Origin: an uncultured virus (IMG/VR IMGVR_UViG_3300020160_000566)
Lineage: Duplodnaviria > Heunggongvirae > Uroviricota > Caudoviricetes > Crassvirales
Length of the DNA: 64,000 nucleotides
Strand: one strand, 5' to 3'
Virus record (IMG/VR): IMGVR_UViG_3300020160_000566
Shown: positions 8,634 through 17,400 of the stretch, in pieces
How positions within the stretch are numbered: position 1 is the stretch's first letter
Layout: the number at the start of each line of letters is the position of its first letter
Notes under the pieces: generated by a model
What the model saw: only the letters and a program-made list of their open reading frames with translations
What the model was told of the DNA's origin: nothing
The model's database searches: none
Program-made: the position numbers and the translations under genes

Positions 8634-8704
8634 TCTATACCATCTACAAGTTAGCCGTAGTGCTTACCTTCTTTTACGTCTTGTTCAAAGATGCATTCAA
8701 ATAA
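8630..8704 (+). CDS. putative 24-aa hydrophobic micropeptide
   Basis: MIYTIYKLAVVLTFFYVLFKDAFK; ATGA-coupled. Confidence 0.35.
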   Translation: MIYTIYKLAVVLTFFYVLFKDAFK

Positions 8705-8860
8705 ATGTGTCAAATTAAGCATTCCCTATTTATATATATATTTTTATATATAATAATATTTTTTTTCTAAATCTAAAAGAAAAAAATAACTGACATAATC
8801 GACACATAGTAATAAAATCAGTACCTTTGACAATTCAAATCGACAACTAAAACGACACAC
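8705..8860. promoter_or_regulatory. putative replication origin element A (AT-rich core plus GACA-ending 9-mers)
   Basis: (TA)n and T-tracts; taactgaca/taatcgaca 8787-8804, aaatcgaca 8837-8845, aaaacgaca 8849-8857; immediately upstream of the primase-helicase. Confidence 0.55.
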
Positions 8861-8862
8861 TT

Positions 8863-11280
8863 ATGTTAAAATACGTCACAATCTTCCAAAATATTAAGGA
8901 AACCTCTACTCCGTTCTTCAGAGATGTTAGTGTAATTCTTGATAGAGTTAAGGAAGGGGCTTCAAAGGACCTCGTAAAACGGATACGTTCTGAGAAGAAA
9001 AAACCCGAAAGAAATGAGCTAAAGAAATTGCTTCCGGCAATATGCTTCAGCGGAACATTCAACAAGAGATCTGACGATGCAATCACTGAGCACAGTGGTT
9101 TAATCTGTTTAGACTTCGATGGCTACGAGCGTCAGAAGGATTTGCTTAACGACAAGGAGACATTCACAAAGAACAAGTATGTATACTCTGTCTTTATCTC
9201 TCCATCAGGTAATGGCCTCAAAGTATTGGTTAAGATACCTGCAGATGCCGAGAACCACACCAACTACTTCAACAGCTTAGAAAGATACTTCAACTCCCCA
9301 TACTTCGACAAGACATCCAAAAACATTAGTCGTGTGTGCTACGAGTCATACGACCCGCTCATCTACATCAATGAGCATTCATCACTATGGGACAAGATTG
9401 AGGAACCTGAGTACAATGAGGTGGTCAAGCACCGGGATGCACCAACCATTCCAATCACTGACGAGAACAAGATCGTTGACATCTTGGTAAAGTGGTGGAT
9501 CAAGAAGTACCCAATGGTTGAGGGTCAGCGTAACGCCAACGTATTTGTATTGGCATCAGCGTTCAATGACTTTGGTGTGAACAAAAGCTTAGCGGCATAC
9601 GTGCTCAACCAATACGCAACCCAAGACTTTGACATCGGTGAGATACAGCGCACCATTGACTCAGCATATGCACGAACGCAAAACTTCGGCACCAAGTACT
9701 ACGAGGATGAGGAGCGCATCAATCAGATACGCGCCAAGCTCAGACGTGGTGTATCACGTAAAGAGATACGCAATCAGCTCAATGATACCAACCTTGATGG
9801 TGACGTCATTGAGTCAGTGCTCAATAAAGTTGAGGAAGAGAATTCAAAGCAGACCTTTTGGACCAAGAACGAAAAGGGCGCTATTAAAATAGTACACATC
9901 CTGTTCAAGCAGTTCTTGGAAGACAACGGGTTCTATAAGTACTGCCCTGAAGGTGGCAAGAACTATGTCTTTGTGAAGGTAACCAACAACCTTATCGACC
10001 ACACCTCAGAGAAAGAGATTAAGGACTTCGTGCTCAACCACCTCATTGAGTTGGATGACATGACAATCTACAACTACTTCGCTGACCAAACAAGATTCTT
10101 CAAAGAAGAGTTCTTGTCTATGATCAATACGATTGACATCTACTTCATTGAGGATACCCGTAACGCATCATACCTCTACTACCGCAACTGTGCTGTCAAG
10201 ATCTCTAAGGGTGAGATTATGCCAATTGACTACTTAGACCTTGGAGGGTATGTTTGGAAGGACCACATCATTGACCGCAACTACATTGGATGCGACCTTG
10301 GAGTATGTGACTTCAGAACATTCATCAGTAACATCTGCGGTGGAGATGAGAGTCGTGTTGCATCAATGGAGAGTACAATTGGTTTTATGCTGCACGCATA
10401 CAAGACTCGTGAGTACTGCCCGGCTGTTATCCTCAATGATGAGGTGATCAGTGACAACCCTGAGGGTGGTACAGGTAAGGGTCTATTTATGAACGCGCTT
10501 AGTCAAATGAAGAAGGTCGTCACCATTGATGGTAAGTCTTTTACATTCGAGCGTAGCTTCGCCTATCAGTTGGTTTCAGCAGATACGCAGATACTTGTGT
10601 TCGATGACGTCAAGAAACACTTTGACTTCGAGCGCTTGTTCAGTGTAGTAACTGAGGGTCTAACGCTAGAGAAGAAGAACAAGGATGCTATCAAGATACC
10701 ATTTGAGAAGTCACCTAAGATTGCCATCACAACCAACTATGCCATCAAGGGCTCAGGTAATTCATTTGCACGTCGCAAGTGGGAGCTAGAGCTGCATCAG
10801 TATTACTCTAAAGAGTTCACTCCTTTGGATGAATTCAAGAAGCTGATGTTTGGTGATTGGGGAGATGATGAGTGGTGTCAGTTTGACAATTACATGATTG
10901 GATGCTTGCAGGGATACCTGAACACAGGATTAGTGAAGAGCAAGTTTGTCAATCTCAATGTTCGTCAGCTATCAGCTGAGACCTGCCACGACTTCATCGA
11001 GTGGTGTGGGTTGGTTGACAATGCGGCACCAAACACATTGCTTGACCCGGGTAACCGAGTATACAAGCAAGACCTTTACAATGAGTTCATCTCTGAGTAT
11101 CCTGACTATGGTCCTAAGTCACGCATGACAATTAGCCGCACACGTTTCTACAAGTGGCTTACTGCCTATGCTATGTTCAAGGAAGGTGTGCCACCTGAAG
11201 AGGGGCGTGACCAACAAGGGCGATGGATACGCATCAGACGTAAACATGAACTTGAATACCAAGACACAATGCCATTCTAA
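8863..11280 (+). CDS. primase-helicase (VirE_N/BT4734-like AEP + PriCT + P-loop helicase)
   Basis: CLDFD, FISPSGNGLK, GQRN, Walker A GGTGKG, Walker B VFDD. Confidence 0.85.
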   Translation: MLKYVTIFQNIKETSTPFFRDVSVILDRVKEGASKDLVKRIRSEKKKPERNELKKLLPAICFSGTFNKRSDDAITEHSGLICLDFDGYERQKDLLNDKETFTKNKYVYSVFISPSGNGLKVLVKIPADAENHTNYFNSLERYFNSPYFDKTSKNISRVCYESYDPLIYINEHSSLWDKIEEPEYNEVVKHRDAPTIPITDENKIVDILVKWWIKKYPMVEGQRNANVFVLASAFNDFGVNKSLAAYVLNQYATQDFDIGEIQRTIDSAYARTQNFGTKYYEDEERINQIRAKLRRGVSRKEIRNQLNDTNLDGDVIESVLNKVEEENSKQTFWTKNEKGAIKIVHILFKQFLEDNGFYKYCPEGGKNYVFVKVTNNLIDHTSEKEIKDFVLNHLIELDDMTIYNYFADQTRFFKEEFLSMINTIDIYFIEDTRNASYLYYRNCAVKISKGEIMPIDYLDLGGYVWKDHIIDRNYIGCDLGVCDFRTFISNICGGDESRVASMESTIGFMLHAYKTREYCPAVILNDEVISDNPEGGTGKGLFMNALSQMKKVVTIDGKSFTFERSFAYQLVSADTQILVFDDVKKHFDFERLFSVVTEGLTLEKKNKDAIKIPFEKSPKIAITTNYAIKGSGNSFARRKWELELHQYYSKEFTPLDEFKKLMFGDWGDDEWCQFDNYMIGCLQGYLNTGLVKSKFVNLNVRQLSAETCHDFIEWCGLVDNAAPNTLLDPGNRVYKQDLYNEFISEYPDYGPKSRMTISRTRFYKWLTAYAMFKEGVPPEEGRDQQGRWIRIRRKHELEYQDTMPF

Positions 11281-12764
11281 TGGCTATGGACTACAAGGGC
11301 TTGGGGGTTATTGATCGACTCCCAAGCTATTCCAATGAAAAGATGTTGCAATACAGCGAGCAACTACATCAAGTGATGACCCAAAAAGTTCCTGTGAAAG
11401 TTGGCAGAGGCAAGACTGCTCGCATTGAGTATGAGCTTAAGTACAAGCGCAATGGTGACATCATTGAGAAGATGGAGAAGAGCATCAAATACTACAAACA
11501 TTTATACGATAATGAGATGAGCAACACAATTGAACTAAGACAATACCAAAAGGACATCGTTGAGAAGGCGTGCGAGATTATCAGAGTAAACAAATTTGTT
11601 TACTTGGCAATGGAGGTTCGCACCGGCAAGACATTAACAAGCCTGAGCATATGCGACAACTTGGAGAATGTTAACAACGTATTGTTCATAACTAAGAAGA
11701 AAGCAATCAAGTCAATCATTGATGATAGTGAGAAGATAGGAGGAGACTACGAGCTCCACGTCATAAACTACGAGAGCGTACACAAACTACCTGACGTTCG
11801 GTGGGACATTGTTGTGTTGGACGAGGCACATGGTATGGGAGCCTTCCCTAAGCCAAGTGGTCGCGCATCAGCCATCAAGAGCCTAATTGTTAAGAATGGT
11901 TCACGTGTAATACTTCTCTCAGGAACACCAACTCCTGAGTCGTACTCACAGATGTTCCATCAGGTGTATGGCATACCAACCAACCCATTCAGGGCGTATA
12001 GCAACTTCTACAAGTTTGCTAAGGACTATGTGGATGTGAAGCAGCGCAAGATAAACGGCCTGATGATCAATGACTATTCAGGTGGATATCAAACAATCAT
12101 TGATGCAATGATACCATACACCATACGGTTCTCGCAAAGCGATGCCGGTTTCGTAGTAAAAACTACTGAGAAGATTATTGAGATACCGGTTGATCCTAAA
12201 GTGAATAATATGATCAAGATACTCAAGAAAGACCTAGTCGTTCAAGGTAAGGAAGAGGTCATCCTTGGTGACACATCTGTCAAGTTGATGAGTAAGCTTC
12301 ATCAGATGTACAGTGGCACTGTCAAGTTCGAGAGTGGCAACAGTATGGTGCTTGCCGCAACAAAGGCTGAGTACATTGCAGATAACTTCAGCGACAAGCG
12401 TGTCGGCATCTTCTATAAGTTCAAGGAAGAGCTTGAGGCTATCAAGTCAGTGCTTGGCGACAATGTGGCTACAACACTTGAGGACTTCGACAGCGACAAA
12501 TGTCAGCACATTGCGCTGCAGATTGTGTCAGGTCGTGAGGGTATCTCATTGAAGAGAGCTGACTGCTTGGTATTCTACAACATTGACTTCAGTGCCACAT
12601 CATATTGGCAGGCTAGAGATAGAATGACAACTAAGGACCGGGAGGAGAACCACATCTATTGGTTATTCTCTGAGGGTGGAATTGAGCACCTTGTATACAA
12701 GGCAGTATCCAAAAAGAAAGACTACACCGTATCACATTTCAAAAGAGATTTGCTAACTTTATAG
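11280..12764 (+). CDS. SNF2/SF2 helicase
   Basis: LRQYQ, RTGKT, DEAH, LSGTP, QARDR. Confidence 0.85.
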   Translation: MAMDYKGLGVIDRLPSYSNEKMLQYSEQLHQVMTQKVPVKVGRGKTARIEYELKYKRNGDIIEKMEKSIKYYKHLYDNEMSNTIELRQYQKDIVEKACEIIRVNKFVYLAMEVRTGKTLTSLSICDNLENVNNVLFITKKKAIKSIIDDSEKIGGDYELHVINYESVHKLPDVRWDIVVLDEAHGMGAFPKPSGRASAIKSLIVKNGSRVILLSGTPTPESYSQMFHQVYGIPTNPFRAYSNFYKFAKDYVDVKQRKINGLMINDYSGGYQTIIDAMIPYTIRFSQSDAGFVVKTTEKIIEIPVDPKVNNMIKILKKDLVVQGKEEVILGDTSVKLMSKLHQMYSGTVKFESGNSMVLAATKAEYIADNFSDKRVGIFYKFKEELEAIKSVLGDNVATTLEDFDSDKCQHIALQIVSGREGISLKRADCLVFYNIDFSATSYWQARDRMTTKDREENHIYWLFSEGGIEHLVYKAVSKKKDYTVSHFKRDLLTL

Positions 12765-12768
12765 TCAT

Positions 12769-13008
12769 ATGACTGAACAGCAAATCCAATCTAAACTAAT
12801 TAAAGAGCTTGAGGCTCAGGGGTATTATGTTATCAAGTTGATAAAAACCAATAAGAATGGGATACCTGACCTGCTTGCAATACCAAAGAAGAGCGATGTT
12901 GAGTTCTTCGAGGTTAAGACAGGTGTTGGGAAGGTGTCTGAGTTACAAAAGTATAGACATAAAGAATTAGAAGACCATGGGATCTACGTTGAGGTATACA
13001 GAGGGTAA
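12769..13008 (+). CDS. VRR-NUC / Holliday-junction resolvase-like nuclease
   Basis: EQQIQ...GIPDL...FFEVK...SELQ. Confidence 0.85.
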   Translation: MTEQQIQSKLIKELEAQGYYVIKLIKTNKNGIPDLLAIPKKSDVEFFEVKTGVGKVSELQKYRHKELEDHGIYVEVYRG

Positions 13009-13300
13009 GGCAGTTTTGTTTGATATTGACTACCCATTTCAGAAGAAAGTAAAAAAGTATTCTGAAGAAACAATAAAAGAGATTGTATTTCAAATTGTGG
13101 ACAATGTAAATTCATTTCCAAAGGATAATGAGTACACTCAGGATGTTTACGGAGTAATAAAGGGCAAGGACCCTTTGTTCTTTATGATTGAATATCTGAA
13201 CGAAGAAGATGAGATACCATTGTTGGTAGACTTCTTGGAAGTGACAGTAGATGAATACTTAGATGCAATTAACGAAAACAAACACTTAAAACAATTATGA
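12977..13300 (+). CDS. hypothetical protein
   Basis: 107-aa ORF in the operon. Confidence 0.6.
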   Translation: MGSTLRYTEGKAVLFDIDYPFQKKVKKYSEETIKEIVFQIVDNVNSFPKDNEYTQDVYGVIKGKDPLFFMIEYLNEEDEIPLLVDFLEVTVDEYLDAINENKHLKQL

Positions 13301-13818
13301 ATAACGAAAGCTTTGAAACAACAAAAACACTTGAATTTGTATCTGACTTCTTAGGATTTGACTTAACTCAAAAGTGCAGAAAGAGATACATAGTCGAGGG
13401 ACGAATGATGTATGCCAAGCTAATGAAGCGGTATACCAATGTGTCTTTATCTGACATTGGACGTGCAATGGGTAAAGATCATGCCACTGTTATTCATTAT
13501 ATTAATAACTTTACACATCTAAAGAAAACTGATCAGCAGTTTGCCTGCAAATTTGATATGATGGCAGACACCTATGAGGAGTTCCGAGAGACATGGTTTG
13601 ACAATGTAAAGTTTGATGACAAAAGAAAGATTAAAGTTCTTGAGTCATCACTTAAAGAACTAGTGGAAATAAAAAATGAATACGAACGATACTTCAACAA
13701 GATTAAGCGCATTGACTCAATTATTCAGCTTATTGAGCAGAGGACACCAAAGGGTGAAGAGGATTACGTTGAATCAAAGATTAATAGAATGTTTAACTCC
13801 ATAATATATAACCTATAG
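13297..13818 (+). CDS. DnaA C-terminal (domain IV)-like HTH protein with coiled-coil tail
   Basis: RKRYIVEGRMMY...SLSDIGRAMGKDHATVIH matches DnaA SLPEIG...RDHTTVLH. Confidence 0.75.
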   Translation: MNNESFETTKTLEFVSDFLGFDLTQKCRKRYIVEGRMMYAKLMKRYTNVSLSDIGRAMGKDHATVIHYINNFTHLKKTDQQFACKFDMMADTYEEFRETWFDNVKFDDKRKIKVLESSLKELVEIKNEYERYFNKIKRIDSIIQLIEQRTPKGEEDYVESKINRMFNSIIYNL

Positions 13819-14019
13819 ATGGCAAAAGGCAGCGGTATAGAGAGAGCTAAACTCATCCTTGTTTACATGGACCGTATACACGACTGCCTAGATGACATCT
13901 ACGAGGCGCTAGTTGACCGTGAATACCAAAAGTTTAGAGACGAGGTAGAGTCAGCGATCGAGCATCTCGAGCATTTACTTGAGAAAAAAGATGACTTATT
14001 TCGAGACAGAAGAGGATAG
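13819..14019 (+). CDS. hypothetical protein
   Basis: 66-aa ORF. Confidence 0.6.
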   Translation: MAKGSGIERAKLILVYMDRIHDCLDDIYEALVDREYQKFRDEVESAIEHLEHLLEKKDDLFRDRRG

Positions 14020-14407
14020 ACTACGTGAGAAAAAAGCGATTGAACGCTTCGTATCTATCTTCGATGGCAAGTATCAAAAGCTAAGCGATCATGACATCGA
14101 CTACAAGGTATTTGACAGCAAAGGAACTCTTATCTCATACGTTGAGGTAAAGGGTCGCAAGAAGAATATTGCCAATGCCTATCCGCTCCCTGTTGGATGT
14201 CGCAAACTATTGAAGCTTATTGACAAGCGTCTAAACCCTGTGGTTGTGTGGGCTTGTGATGATGGCATTATCTATGGCGAGCTACAAAAACTAAAAGGAA
14301 AGGTCCTGTTCAGCGGTAGGCCAAATAGATCAGGTGCAGTTAATGACGATGAACTAATGGCCTACTATGACAAGCAAAAAGCTTTCAAATATATCCGCTA
14401 CGATTAG
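13979..14407 (+). CDS. PD-(D/E)XK-family nuclease (start may be the ATG at 13991)
   Basis: DIDY...YVEVKGR. Confidence 0.6.
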   Translation: MRKKMTYFETEEDRLREKKAIERFVSIFDGKYQKLSDHDIDYKVFDSKGTLISYVEVKGRKKNIANAYPLPVGCRKLLKLIDKRLNPVVVWACDDGIIYGELQKLKGKVLFSGRPNRSGAVNDDELMAYYDKQKAFKYIRYD

Positions 14408-14409
14408 TA

Positions 14410-17400
14410 TTACTTCTCTTTGATGAATTCAGTACCACCATCTTCCATCTCATAGATGTTTGATTTGCCCATGGTGCTTTTGATTGATTCAAGTTGGTCT
14501 ATCAACTCATCGTAATCAACACCCAATCTATTTGCTGAGTTAATCAAATCCATAAGTTCCTTGGCTTTAGCAGCATACTGCTCATTAGCTCTTACATATG
14601 CATCATCTGTTTTCTTTTGCTGCTCATTAATATCTTTGTTAGTAGCCTTAGAGTCTTCAAGTAATCTTTCATTCTTGTAATACTCAGAGTTGTATATCTT
14701 TCTGATGTCCTTGAATGATTCATCAAACTCAGCAAGTTTATATCCAAACTGCTCCTTAACATCTGACTTTCTAATTTTTAGACCTGTTGCTTCACCAAAT
14801 GCAAGTTGACCTAGTGACTGCTCACTAAATGCTGCTTTTCTTGCTGAAGTTATTGTGCCCGGTTCAACAACTTTATACACATAGTCTAGTATTTTATCTG
14901 TCTTTTCAGCGAACGAATCTTCTTCGTTATATATTGGCTTACCAAAGTCATTCTCATTACCTTTCAATTGAATAGCAAGGTTTGTTAAGATATCCGGACC
15001 TTGGAATTGACCAACCAATTCAAGTGTTGATTGCTTAAATGAGTCAAGCATATCCTCACCATTAAAGAACGCATTGAGTGCTTTGTTGATGCCACCATGT
15101 GGATCAGATGCACTAAAGTCAATGTACTCAATCTCACCATCAGCTGCCTTTAATATGATAAGGTCAGAGTTCTTAGACCAAGGTGGTAAGAAACTTCTTA
15201 CATCTTTTTCTTTTTTCTCTTCATCATCATCATTAAATAAAGCTCCAAGAACACCGCTCAATCCTGTTCCTGCCGCATATCCTGCATAAGAAAGAAGTGC
15301 TGTCTTAGCAGTAAGATATGCACCTGCTCCTGCAATTCTTCTTGCAGCAATAGTCTTAATCTTTTTGTTATCTGAGCTTAGCTCATCTTTAGCTAAAGCA
15401 ATTGTATTGTAAGCAGTACGATATGATTCAGCTTGGAAAGAGATGAACGATCCAATAAACAATGGGAATCTTCTAAGCCTCTTTATACCCTCAGGTATTC
15501 TGCTGTAAGTTGGATATGTGTTTTTCACATTATTCGCTGCTATGTCAGAGACCTCTTCTTTTTGTTTATCAGTTAATTGGTCTTTTGATTTATTGTAAAG
15601 TGCATCGGCATATCTGTTCATCTCAGTTTCGTATGCTGCAATCTTAAACATATCATCTTCAGCTTGGTATAAATCTTCTGCAAGTGATATAATTTTAGAC
15701 CCCCTTGATGATATAGCTTGTTTTATTTTCCCAACTACACCCTTGTTAGGCTTTCTCAACGACAGTCTTCTTTCTAAGAAGTTATCCATATCAGCATCCT
15801 TGAACATATCTCTAATCTCATTGATACCCGCTCCCTGACGCATAATTCCTGCCTTGATGTACTCATCAATCTTGGCCTCAATTTCAGGCTTACTCATTGT
15901 CTTTAAATCCTGTAATACAACATTAGCTGCCTTACCAATCTCAATAAGACTGTGTCCGTTTACACCAACAAAACCAAAGTTAGAGATAACGTTTTTCATG
16001 TGAGTTGAAACTGATGCAATTGTCTTAAGCCACTTCACTAAGCCCATTGCTTTGTAGTAAATCTTGATTCCTTTTTGAACCCAAGACTCTTCACCTTGCT
16101 GTCCATTATATAAACCAAATGCCTCAGCAATCTCAGGTGTGGTCATCAAACCATTCAATGGTGACATTGTGTCGCTACCCTCAGCAGCAATCTCCGTATC
16201 AAAACCTTTTGGTCTCTGTGAGTCATTCTTCTCAAAGAAGAACTTGCCCATACCGGCCTCTTTCACTTGCGTCAAAAATTTATGTCTTGCGGCAAGACTA
16301 GCGATGTTCAACACTGTTCGTGCATAGTTCATGGCAGGGTCTGAATATTCACCCATAAGCATTCTAATCTGCTCAGGTATCTCTTTCCTTTCCTTTAATG
16401 TAGAAAGGTCCTTAGAGCCAAGCTTTGACCCCTTAACCAAGGCTCCTGTCTCAGCGTCAGCAAAATATTCATCAATCTTATTGTCAACCAATACGTCTAG
16501 CGCTTCATCCACAGTTGTTCCGGTACGAGCAGCTTCAGATTGAGCCAATGCAATCATACCCGGTTGTGTTCTCAAGAAGTTCTTAGCAGCTTGAAGTTCT
16601 TGCTCGCCTACTTTTTGTCTGAAGTTTTTGTTATCAAAAATCTCATAAGACCTTGTGATGTAGGTTCCCATGTTCTCTCTAATGGCATCAGCCATATCTC
16701 CTTCAACAGCACCGGTTGCAATAAGCATTTGAGATAGTCTGTCAATGTGATTACGCATCTCATTAGCCAAACCTGCAAATCCTGCAGGAAGTTGGATAGA
16801 CTTATCTCCTCTTAGTGCTTTGTCAAAAGCATCTTTTAGAAGCTCTTTGTCTCCTGTAAACTTATCGAATAGGACACCAAACTTCTTAGCTGTCTTAGCA
16901 GCACGATTGGCTTCAGCTGAGATTTCACCCTCCATTTTTTCCTTGTAGGTAAACCCAATCTTTGGAAGCAATCCTTTAGATGTAAGGAATTGTTGCTTGA
17001 ATCTTCTAGCACCATCAACAAATCGACCAACGAGTCCTTTGACTCCTGACTTCATAAATACCTTCTGCTCTTTGGTATAGTACTTAGATAGCGCCTCAGT
17101 CATCTCCTTGTTGGTGAAACCTGCAGCCTTTCCTTCTTGTCTGATCTCAGCATCAGTCTTTCCTGCCTTAGTTCCACTATCAACAATCTTATCAGGACTT
17201 GTTGTCTTCTGCTTTCTTACAGCAAACTTTCTTGGAGCTGTCTCAATAATTTGTCTATCTTTTACATCTTCTGTTTCAGTAAGCAAAGTGTTTCTTCTTT
17301 CATCAGCCGTCATGTTCATTCTTGCCTCAACATTTCGGGCTTCAATCTCACCCGCTTTTCTCATGTAAAGATTAAATCCGTTTAGAATTTTCTCATTGTT

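Noticed and set aside
11280..11520. Separate gene or frameshift at the helicase N-terminus
   Set aside because: The frame is continuous; an internal start near MSNTIELRQYQ is possible but unsupported
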